Assembly: GCA_002269645.1 (NCBI GenBank)
Contig: NIVC01001447.1
Location: 3,598 to 67,597 of the forward strand
From: Macrostomum lignano
Lineage: Eukaryota
Reading direction: 5' to 3'
Length of the DNA stretch: 64,000 nucleotides
Below are positions 13,701 to 25,700 of the stretch, piece by piece (the stretch's first letter is position 1; every line of letters starts with the position of its first letter). The notes below the pieces were generated by a model. It worked only from the letters and a program-made list of their open reading frames with translations, was not told the origin of the DNA and ran no database searches. A program made the position numbers and the translations under genes.

Positions 13701-16700
13701 ACTTTTCGGAGCGATCTCCGTCAGAGTCGCGTGTTCGGCTCCTTGATGGATCACTGATTTGTCCTTGTCCCTGTTTGTCGGGGTGAGAACCTGCTGGAGA
13801 AGCTGTCGAAGAGCGCCTAGATTTTTGTTTCTGGCCAGCATCAATGTCCGAATCGGTTCCGCTCTGCCCGCTTCTGTTGTCTGCACTTGGCTGTTCACCC
13901 GGAGGTTTCCGTTCACCAGCTTCTGTTACCGAACTGCCAGGTTGTTTGCCTCGAGGTGTTCTTTGCAAGCCAAGATCTGGAGTGGATCTTCCATCTCTGT
14001 ATCTGGCGCTTCTATCAATGTCACTCTCATGCCCACCTTCAAACTGCCTGCTAGCGCTGACAGGCCCAGAGTACTTTCCAGATATTTTTTCATTTCTGCT
14101 TCTCCGACCATCACTGTCTCGACTGGTGTCTCGTCTGCGGCTTGGCGACTTTGCGTCGACTTGCCTCGTAGAGTCTCGTTGCGCAATGGGACTTTCTAGC
14201 CGAGAATTCGTTTCACCAGACTTGAATTCCACTTCGGCAGCTGGCTTATCGGCTTCGTTTAGACTCTGTCCACTTGGCTTGCTCTGGTGCCGAGGACTCA
14301 CTGATACTGACTGGTCCTTGGGTTGATGGCCGGCTTCAGGCTTTGCGTCAAGCTTAACTTGTCCTTTGCGCCAATCGCCTGGGCTCATCTCAGCAGGCTG
14401 TTTAGCATCGTTTGTATAGCGAGGTACGGACGTTTCTCCTGTCTCCTGTCTCTGGAGCCTGTCTCTGGAACTGGAAGAATGAGAGTCTTCGTTCCGTTTG
14501 TCTTGACTTCTGTCTCTGTCGCTCGAATCAAAAGATCCGTCCAGTTTTTCCCTCTGTCCGTCTATTTCGCCCACAGGTCGAGGGTCGTATCGTCTTTCTT
14601 CACTTCTGTCTCTCGCACTGGCAGGATGAGAGTCGTCGCACCATCGGTCGCGGCTTTGATCTCTGGCACTGACCGCGAGAGAGTCGTCATTTCGCAGATC
14701 TTCACTTCCGTCTTTTGCACTTTTACTCTGAGATTCACCTTCCGATTCCGGCTTAAACCTGTGTTTCCCACGCACACGCTGAGAATCGTTGTACCGTTCG
14801 TCGCCGTCGTTTGTGCTTTGGGAATAAAATTCGGCAGTGAGTCCAACACAGGGTCTTTCTCTCGTACTCAAATCCTGTGAATCGTGCCTGCCAGTTCTGT
14901 TAAAAGGATTGTCTACATCTCCGTCACTGTCAAGTACAGCATGAGTATCACCGTGCCGTCTGTCTCGACTTTTGTCTCTGGCACTGGTAGGATGAGATTC
15001 ACCGTCGAGACTTTCTTTGACTCCAGAATTCGTTAGCTGTGAGTCATCGTACCTTCTGTCTTTGGCGCCAGCATTGCAAGATTCGCTATCATGTTTGTCT
15101 TTCGATCTGTGCGTGAAACTCGCATCATGAGAATCGTTTTTTCTATTTTTGTCTAATCGTCCATCTCGACCTCCTTTGTTTTCATCCTCAGAACCGTCGT
15201 ACCGTTTGTCTCTTGCATTGGGAGGATGAGAGTCGTCTTTCTGTCCGTCTTTACTTCTGTCTCTCGCACTGGTTGGATGAGAGTCATCTTTCTGCTTCTC
15301 TCGTCTTCTGTCTCTCGCACTGGGAGGCTGGGAGCCGTCATACCGTCTGTCTCGGCTTCTGTCTCTCGCATTAGGAGATTGAGCATCATCATACCGTCTG
15401 TCTCGGCTTCTGTCTCTCGCATTGGGAGGTTGAGCATCATCATACCGTCTGTCTCGGCTTCTGTCTCTCTTATTGGATGAATGAGAGTCGTCTTTGTCTC
15501 TCTCTCGGCTTCTGTCTCTCGCGCTGGGAGGCTGATGGCTGTCGTACCGCCTGTCTTTATTTTTCTCCTTTGTGCTGGCAAAATTCAGTTCACTGTGTTG
15601 CTTATTTTGGGGTCGGTCTTTCAGACTTACAGGCTGAGAATCGTCATACAGTCTGTCTCGGCTTCTGTCTCTCTTATTGGGTGGATGAGAGTCGTCATAC
15701 CGTCTGTCTCGGCTTCTGTCTGTAGTGCTGGGAGGCTGAGACTCGTCATACCGTCTGTCTCGGCTTCTGTCTCTCGCACTGGGTGGATGAGAGTCGTCTT
15801 TGTGTCTCTCGCGGCTTCTGTCTCTTGCGCTGGGAGGCTGAGAGCCGTCATAACGTCTGTCTCGGCTTCTGTCTCTTGCGCTGGGAGGCTGAGACCCGTC
15901 ATATCGTCTGTCTCGGCTTCTGTCTCTTGCGCTGGGAGGCTGAGACCCGTCATATCGTCTGTCTCGGCTTCTGTCTCTCGTGCTGGGAGGCTGAGAGGCG
16001 TCTTTGTGTCTCTCTCGGCTTCTGTCTCTCGCGCTGGGAGGCTGAGAGGCGTCATACCGTTTGTCTCGGCTGCTATCTCTCTTATTGGATGGATGAGAGT
16101 CGTCTTTGTCTCTTTCTAGGCTTCTGTCTCTCACGCTGTAAGGCTGAGAGCCGTCATACCTTCTGTCTTGGCTTTTGTGTCTCTTATTGAATGAATGAGA
16201 GTCGTCTTTGTCTCTCTCTTGGCTTCTGTCTCTCGCGCTGGGAGGCTGAGAGCCGTCATAACGTCTGTCTTGGCTTCTGTCTCTCGCGCTGGGTGGATGA
16301 GAGTCGTCTTTGTGTCTCTCTTGGCTTCTGTCTCTCGCGCTGAGAGGCTGATGGCTGTCGTACCGCCTGTCTTTATTTTTCTCCTTTGTGCTGGCAAAAT
16401 TCAGTTCACTGTGTTGCTTATTTTGGGGTCGGTCTTTCAGACTTACAGGCTGAGAATCGTCATACAGTCTGTCTCGGCTTCTGTCTCTCTTATTGGGTGG
16501 ATGAGAGTCGTCATACCGTCTGTCTCGGCTTCTGTCTGTAGTGCTGGGAGGCTGAGACTCGTCATACCGTCTGTCTCGGCTTCTGTCTCTCGCACTGGGT
16601 GGATGAGAGTCGTCTTTGTGTCTCTCTCGGCTTCTGTCTCTTGCGCTGGGAGGCTGAGAGCCGTCATAACGTCTGTCTCGGCTTCTGTCTCTCGCGCTGG

Positions 16701-19700
16701 GAGGCTGAGAGCCGTCATAACGTCTGTCTCGGCTTCTGTCTCTCGCACTGGGTAGATGAGAGTCGTCTTTGTGTCTCTCTCGGCTTCTGTCTCTTGCGCT
16801 GGGAGGCTGAGAGCCGTCATAACGTCTGTCTCGGCTTCTGTCTCTCGCACTGGGTAGATGAGAGTCGTCTTTGTGTCTCTCTCGGCTTCTGTCTCTTGCG
16901 CTGGGAGGCTGAGAGCCGTCATAACGTCTGTCTCGGCTTCTGTCTCTCGCGCTGGGAGGCTGAGAGCCGTCATAACGTCTGTCTCGGCTTCTGTCTCTCG
17001 CACTGGGTAGATGAGAGTCGTCTTTGTGTCTCTCTCGGCTTCTGTCTCTGGCACTGGGAGGTTGAGAGCCGTCATATCGTCTGTCTCGGCTTCTGTCTCT
17101 CGCACTGGGAGGTTGAGAGCCGTCATATCGTCTGTCTCGGCTTCTGTCTCGACTTCCGTCTCTCGCATAAGGATGCAGAGAGCCGTCATACCGTCTGTCT
17201 CGGCTTCTGTCTGTAGTGCTGGGAGGCTGAGAGCCGTCATAACGTCTCTCTCGGCTTTGTCTCTCGCACTGGGAGGCTGAGAGCCGTCATAACGTCTCTC
17301 TCGGCTTTTGTCTCTCGCGCTCTGAGAGCCGTCATAACGTCTCTCTCGGCTTTTGTCTCTCGCACTGGGAGGCTGAGAGCCGTCATAACGTCTGTCTCGG
17401 CTTCTGTCTCTTGCACTGGGTGGATGAGAGTCGTCTTTGTGTCTCTCTCGGCTTCTGTCTCTCGCACTGGGAGGCTGAGAGCCGTCATAACGTCTGTCTC
17501 GGCTTCTGTCTGTAGTGCTGGGAGGCTGAGACTCGTCATACCGTCTGTCTCGGCTTCTGTCTGTAGTGCTCGGAGGCTGAGAGCCGTCATACCGTCTGTC
17601 TCGGCTTCTGTCTCTAGTGCTGGGAGGCTGAGAGCCGCCATACCGTCTGTCTCGGCTTCTGTCTCTCGCGCTGGGAGGTTGAGACCCGTCATATCGTCTG
17701 TCTCGGCTTCTGTCTCTAGTGCTGGGAGGCTGAGAGCCGTCATACCGTCCGTCTGGACTTCTGTCCCTGTTACTCACTGCTATACCGTCATATCGTTGAT
17801 CCGGGTATCCATCTCTACTAATCGCAGCATTTGATTTATTTTCGAATTCCCCTGTGCGGCGTCCATCTTTGCTGCCGGCCTGAGAATTGGTCCTGCCAAG
17901 CTGGTCGAATTGCTGATCCCAACTTCTGTCTCTGGCACTCGTTGGCTGAGAATCGACAAATCTTTCACCTTGACTTTGATCCCTGTTACTGGGAGAATGA
18001 GAATCGTTGCGCTGCTTATACAGAGTCTTGTCCCTGGCACTTGCTGACTGGGAATCCCGCGCATCTAGAGTCCTGTCGCTGGAATTCGCATGGCTAGGTT
18101 TGTCAGGATGCCTGTCTGGGCTCCCGGTTTTGTCTCTGTCACTGAAAGCATCATCATCAGGGCGTCTATTGTATCCAAGTTCGCTCGGTCTCCGGGAGCT
18201 TCTCGATTCCTCACTGCCGGATCCAGAACCTTCGCGTCTCCGCACACCGCGTCCTGGGGCTGGCTCATTAGCCAACTCGCCTTGTCGATTGGCCCCTGTG
18301 GGCCTCACCGTGCCGGTGGACTCGCCAACGCTGGCTTCCGACTGACTGTAGGTTCGAAGACTTGAGCGTGGCTGCTTTTCGCGCGCCTGTCTGTCTGACG
18401 AGAACCGGGCGCTCTTGCCGCTGTCGGATTCGAAGCTGGGATGTCTAGCCTCGCCTCTGGGCACACGGAAGCCAAGGTTGTCAACTGGAGCCTTTGAAGC
18501 CTCCAACCGGCTCTGCTCTGCTCGGCTTCGACTTTCTGCTTCTTCTGCGCTGAGAGGCCGCCCGTGGCTCCCGACCTCACTGCCCAGGTTCAGCTTTGGA
18601 ACTTTGCGCCGCCGAGTTCCGCTGTCGCGTCGAGATCGTCGCGGTGAACCAGACAGAGTCTCGTCGGAATCGTTGCGTTCTTCGTGACGGTCCCATGGTG
18701 CTTTGCTACGAGACGACGGTCTCCGCGCTGGGCTGCCGCTCAAGGACCGCTCACTGTGCCACCCGGCTGAGTCTCGAAGGCCGGACTGGCGCGGACTTCC
18801 CGGCAGCGATGGGCTGGCTGAGCTGGCGAAGCTCCGTCTGGACTGTCTCTTGGCTCGCTGTCGCTGCGACTGCGCTGTAGGGGCTTCGTTTCCTGCATTC
18901 GCCGACCTGAGCCTGGCCCACATGCTGCTGCACTGCCCATCAGCTCGGTCTTGGTCTTGCGGGCATGAGCGCAGGTTCAAATTAGCGGATTCCGATGTGC
19001 CAGACGGCTCCCCCTGCAGGTGCGGCTGCTGATGAAAGGCGCCGCTTTCAACCGTTGTGTGGCGTCCTTTGCCGTCGCTCAGCAGGCCCTCGGCATCGGA
19101 GACCTCATCGTAGAGTCGGGGGCCTTCGAAGTAAGGCAAACTATTGAAAAAATGCTCGGGGCAGGCTTGGGGCAGTGGAGACGTCTGCGTGTGGATATTT
19201 TTAGTGCTGTCGCTGGCAGCTGCTGCGGCTGCGGTGTTTGCGTTGCTATTGGCAACGCTTGGCCCGCCAGCCGTGCCGTACGGCTGCTCAGCTGGCGGGC
19301 GATGCAAGTTTAAAGAATCCGAGCGAGCTTTGGCCTCGCCAAGGTGCGTCGGCTTCTTTGACGACGGCCGCCGTTCGTGCAGGCCGTCGTCTGAAGAGAC
19401 CGCGTTGGACGAAGCCTGTTGTTGTTGCTGTTGTTGTTGCTGCTGCTGCGGATCGGGCGGTCGTCTCAACCAAGGCGTCTGGGTCTGGGACTGGGCGTTT
19501 CTGGCGCTTCCGCGGCCCCGGCGCAGCGCCTCCAGCTCATTGGCGAGCGCCTGGAAGCGGCTGTCCAGCTCGCGGATGGCCTGCCGTCGGTCATCCGACT
19601 CGACGCGCAACTGGCCGGACAGGTCGCCTTGAAAGCGGCCCCAGTCGGTCAGCAGGTCTCGGACTCGATTCCTCAGACCATCGTCCTGGCTGACCCCATC

Positions 19701-22700
19701 GTCAGCACCGGACGGCTGCTGCGAGTGTCTTGACGCTTTGAGAGCATCGACTTGAGCGGACAGGGCGCGAATCGCCTCGTCTTTGCCGCGGCTGTCGGTG
19801 AGAGCAGAGTTGGGAGTCTTTATTGGGATCTCGTTTGAGGAAAATATGAGTTAAAGTGACTTTTACCTGTCCTCTAACAGCCGCCTTAGAAGATCGTCAA
19901 CCTCCGGCCGTCGCTGCTGGCTCTCAGTGGCCAGCTGGCGCAGGCGGCCGATCTCCTGCCGCAGCGCTGCTACCTCCGGAGACGTCGCCGATGAGGCTGC
20001 CGCTGCCGCCGTCCCGATTCCGGCTGCTGTCGATGGTCGCTTCCGCTGCTGCGGAGGCGAATCGAACCCGGCCTCCAGCTGGTCGATGAGCGACTGCTGA
20101 CGACCCAGGAGGTCGCGCGATTCCGCAAGCCTGGTCTGGACGTCCTGCAGATCGCGGCTGAGGCCCGGGGCTGAGGCTGCAGCTCCCAAGTCTTCAATAA
20201 GCAAAGTGAATGTAACGGGATATCAGGAGGTGCACAAGGGGGTTGACAAGGTGTGGTCAGCACTCACTTGGCAGCCGGTAGCCGGATGCAGCAGGTCGTC
20301 TCAGCTGCTCATTCTCCTGGGCCAGCTGCCGGTTCTGATGTCGGAGCTCGTCTAACTGGCTTTGCAACCGGTTGTCCAGTCTGCGAAAGAATTGTCCGGC
20401 TCACTCTGACCCAGTCTGACTCACTCTGACCCAGTCTGGCTCACTCTGACCCATTCTGACTCACTCTAACCCAGGCTGACTTACTCTAACCCAGCCTGAC
20501 TCACTCTGACTCAGTCTGACTCACTCTAACCCAGCCTGACTCACTCTGACCCAGTCTGACTCACTCTGACCCAGTCTGACTCACTCTGACCCATTCTGAC
20601 TCACTCTAACCCAGTCTGACTCACTCTGACCCAGTCTGACTCACTCTGACCCAGCCTGACTCACTCTGACCCATTCTGACTCACTATGACCCATTCTGAC
20701 TCACTATGACCCAGTCTGACTCACTCTGACCCAGTCTGACTCACTCTGACCAAGTCTGACTCACTCTAACCCAGGCTGACTCACTATGACCCATTCTGAC
20801 TCACTATGACCCAGTCTGACTCACTCTGACCAAGTCTGACTCACTCTGACCCAGTCTGACTCACTCTGACCCATTCTGACTCACTCTGACCCATTCTGAC
20901 TCACTCTAACCCAGCCTGACTCACTCTGACCCAGTCTGACTCACTCTGACTCAGTCTGACTCACTCTAACCCAGGCTGACTTACTCTAACCCAGCCTGAC
21001 TCACTCTGACTCAGTCTGACTCACTCTGACCCAGTCTGACTCACTATGACCCATTCTGACTCACTCTGACTCAGTCTGACTCACTCTGACCCAGTCTGAC
21101 TCACTCTGACCCAGTCTGACTCACTCTGACCCATTCTGACGCACTCTGACTCACTTTGATCATAGTCTAACACATTCTGTGAAGCGCATGACTCACTCGA
21201 ATATTTCCCGACTCGCCGTTACCTATTCTGACTCACTTCCTTCACCCAATCTAGCCTACTTCGAGCCAGTCTGACCCCACCCGACCCGAACTCACTCCTC
21301 ATCGCTTTCTCCCAGGCCGTCCTCGCCGCTCCTCGACCTGCCTGCTGGCCGGCTTTTCCCCCGCTTCAGTTCCTCGTTTTCGCGCGCAAGCCGCCGGTTC
21401 TCCTCTTCGATGGCGCGGTTCTCGCCAGCCACGGTCTCCTGGAAGGTGGCCAGGGCGCGGCGCAGCGCCCCCAGCTCGCCCAGCAGGCTGTCGTGCGCCT
21501 CCTGCAGCCGGCACGCTCCTCGTCAAGGCCGGCGCACCGCGCCTGCAGCCGGTCGGCCTCCTGGCGGGCCAGCAGCAGCTCCTGTCGAAGGTCGTCGGCC
21601 ATGACCTCGGCTGGACTGCGCGAATCGGAGCTGTCGATGCCCAGCAGCGAGGCCTTCATCCGGTCGCGCTCGGCCGCCGCGGTTGCCAGCTCCGAGGTCA
21701 CGTGATCACGCTCGCGGCGGAGCGCCTGCAGCTGGGCGCGGAGGCCTGCAGTTTCCTGCGGATGTTCGACGGGACCAGGCTGTGTCTAACAGGTGTCCGG
21801 CATGTCTAACAGTTCTATATTCTGTCTAACAGCTGTCCAGTATGTCTAACAGATCTGAATCTGTCTAACAGGTATCTAATATGCATGTCTAACATGTCTA
21901 AACAGATCTAGATTTGGTCTAACAGTTCTAGATTTTGTCTAACAGGCATCTAACACCTGTCTAACACAATGTACACTGCCAACAAATCCAACCAATAACC
22001 CACCTCCTGCTGCCTGGCCATGTGGCCGATGAGCTCCTGGCACTCCTTGCAGAGCACAGCGTTGAGGCTCTTCAGGTGAGCGGCCTCGTCCCTGGCCGAA
22101 TCAGCCTCGGACTGCTGCTGGGCTGCCTCCTGGGGATTTTCGACGAGCGGGGAAGCTGGAGACGCGGCTGAGTGTGGCTACTGACGAATTGGGAATGTCT
22201 AGATGTCGAATTGGGGATATCTAGATGTTGAATTGGGGATGTCTAGATGTCGAATTGGGGATGTCTAGATGTTGAATTGGGGATGTCTAGATGTCGAATT
22301 GGGATGTCTAGATGTCGAATTGGGGATGTCTAGATGTCGAATTGGGGATATCTAGATGTTGAATTGGGGATGTCTAGATGTCGAATTGGGGATGTCTAGA
22401 TGTCGAATTGGGGATGTCTAGATGTCGAATTGGGGATATCTAGATGTCGAATTGGGGATGTCTAGATGTCGAATTGGGGATGTCTAGATGTCGAATTGGG
22501 GATGTCTAGATGTCGAATTGGGGATGTCTAGATGTCGAATTGGGGATGTCTAGATGTTGAACTGGGGATATCTAGATGTTGAATTGGGATGTCTAGATGT
22601 CGAATTGGGGATGTCTAGATGTCGAATTGGGGATATCTAGATGTCGAATTAAGCAACAACTTATTTGAGATGTTTATGATGAAGTGAGCTCACATTTTTG

Positions 22701-25700
22701 GCACAGTCAAGCTCCGATTGCTTCGCGCCCAGCGCAGCATCTTTCTCCTTCAGGGCGCGGGTCAGCGATTCCATCTGCCTGCGGTACTCCTCCGTCTGGC
22801 GCTTCGCCAGCTGCAGCTCCTGGAAGCCATCGGTTCTTGAAATATTAAATATGCTCTTTATCACCGGTTCACACTGTCCCATAACCAGCTCACACTGCAC
22901 CATCACCAGCTCACACTGCCCCATCACCAGCTCACACTGCACCATCACCAGCTCACATTGCCCAGCTGCTTGTTCTGCTGGTCCCTCTCAGCCAGGGCGT
23001 CACCGAGCCGGTCTGTCTGATCCTGACTGTCCGCCAGCTCCTGCTCCAGACTCTTGGCCAGCGGTGCCAGCTGGTCCAGCTTCTTGGTCTGGTTGTTCAG
23101 CCTGGAGTGGTAGTTCGAGTGGAGTAGATTAGCAATCCATTCTATTCCCCATGTCTGAGGAGTAGATTAGCAATCCATTCTATCCCATGTCTGAGGAGTA
23201 GATTAGCAATCCATTCTATCCCCATGTCTGAGGAGTAGATTAGCAATCCATTCTATCCCCATGTCTGAGGAGTAGATTAGCAATCCATTCTATTGCTATA
23301 ATGCTATAATGCTATAATGCTATCTATCCCCTTGTCCGAGGAACCCTTGTGCATCAGCCGATGCGAGGCAAAAGTCACACCATGGCGGTCACTCACGAGT
23401 CGTTGAGCTCCTTGATCTCCAGTCGAAGTCGTTCATTTTCATTTTTCAAAGGTTCCGCTCGCGGCGTCGGTTGCGGCGGCAGCGGCGGCGGAGGCGGAGG
23501 CGGCGGGGCCGACGGAGGCAGGTACGCCGGCTGGCTGCCGTAGCCGGGGTGATGAGAGCTGGGCTGAAAGTTTGAAACCAAAACTTGCTTGAAAATGAAT
23601 TCAAATTTTTATAAGCAGAACTGCTGTGAGCTTCTTGACTCGATAAGCAACTTCATGGCGCCCCTTATCCCCTCATGGCGCCCCTTATTCCTCATGGCGC
23701 CCCTTATCCCCTTCATGGCGCCCCTTATTCCCTCATGGTGCCCCTTATCCCCTCATGGCGCCCCTTATTCCCTCATGGCGCCCCTTATCCCCTTCATGGC
23801 GCCCCTTATCCCCTTCATGGCGCCCCTTATTCCCTCATGGTGCCCTTATCCCCTCATGGCGCCCCTTTATCCCTTTCATGGCGCCCCTTATCCCTTCATG
23901 GCGCCCCATATCCCCTCATGGCTCTCCTTATCCCCTCATAGCGTCCCTTATCCCCTCATGACGCTTCTTGTCCCCTCATGGAGCCCCTTATCCCCATCTT
24001 CTCAATCGCAGCCTCACCTGCGGCGCCGTGTCCCCGTAATTCCAGTCGGCGGAGGCGGAGCGAATCTCGGCGACGTGCGCCGCTGCTTCGCCGACGGCGA
24101 GGGCGAAGGCGAGCGCGACAGCCGCTGCTGCCGGTAGCGGAGCTTCTCGAAGTGGCCTCATCCGCCGCAGCCTCCTTCTCGTCGAGATATTCATCAATAT
24201 CGTTGGCTATGGAGGCCAGCTCCTGCCGCGACTCCCGCAGGCTGTTCACTGTGAAGCTGGGTGGCACAGGTGAGGCGATGCGGATGAGAAAGTCTAAGGA
24301 AGGCTGTTTTGCACATTTTAGAATCAAGTTTTCTTAATTTATGTCAGACCCTATTTTTTTCTTGTAACGCAGGAAGGAAGGTCATCTGTAAAAAATGGGT
24401 CACTAATGGGACAGGGGAGTCACCTGTAGGACAGGGGAAGTCACCTGTAGGACAGGGGAAAGTCACCTGTAGGACAGGGGTAGTCACCTGTAGGACAGGG
24501 AGAGTCACCTGTAGGACAGGGGAAGTCACCTGTAGGACAGGGGGAAGTCACCTGTAGGACAGGGGGAAGTCACTTGTAGGACAGGGGAAGTCACCTGTAG
24601 GACAGGGGAAGTCACCTATAAGATCGGGGGAGTCACAGAGGGAGTCACCTGTAGGACAGGGGGAAGTCACTTGTAGGAGAGGGGAAGTCACCTGTAGGAG
24701 AGGGGGAGTCACCTGTAGGAGAGGGGGAGTCACCTGTAGGAGAGGGGAAGTCACCTGTAGGAGAGGGGAGTCACCTGTAGGACAGGGGAAGTCACCTGTA
24801 GGAGAGGGGGAGTCACCTGTAGGAGAGGGGGAGTCACCTGTAGGAGAGGGGGAGTCACCTGTAGGAGAGGGGAAGTCACCTGTAGGAGAGGGGGAGTCAC
24901 CTGTAGGAGAGGGGGAGTCACCTGTGGGAGAGGGGGAGTCACCTGTAGGAGAGGGGAAGTCACCTGTAGGAGAGGGGGAGTCACCTGTAGGAGAGGGGGA
25001 GTCACCTGTAGGAGAGGGGGAGTCACCTGTAGGAGAGGGGGAGTCACCTGTAGGACAGGGGTCACCCGTTGAGACGGAAGTCAGCCTGAACTTCCTAAGC
25101 CCTACACGCCAAAGGGACCAACAGACCAATGCGCACTGCCCAGGTGTTTTCTCTGCAACATAAACCAGCAATCATTTAGAATAAAAGGAGCAGAGACTGA
25201 GTTTCATCGAAAAGTGCCGGGTAATAAAATAAAACTTTATGCTAAACAGGAATCTGTCAGAGTCGCAAGTGGATGAGGCCTCACAAGCCCCGGTGTTAAC
25301 TATTTCGTGACTACTCGCTGCTGAAGAGCTCGGCTGCTTTCAACTGCGCACAAGAATGCCAGATAAAACCCGGTGAGCACATATAAGCCAAGAATGGCAG
25401 CAGCGAGCAGCTCTCAGGCCAGAGAGAAACTGCAAAGCGACAGGGCTGAGCACAGTGAGACGGAGATTTTCTACATTTAGGGCGACGGAAAGACGGAAAG
25501 AAATTGATGCAGCAGAGGCTTCTCCCCCCCCCCAGTCTCTCTGCTTGCCGAGAGACTGCCGCAACATGCGTGGTAGGCAGGCGGGTGCAGCTCTCAGAAG
25601 CGCTCAGCAGCCCACCGCACGCCGCTGTAGATTCGAGTGCTCAAACACGAGTACTCAACTGATGCGACAGGCAACGCGGCGCACCGGTAAACAGGGCGGC

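Noticed and set aside
16443-17250. ETEAETD/MTALSLP repeat at the end of ORF 16443..19610
   Set aside because: Out-of-frame reading of the RDRS repeat after the 17256-58 deletion
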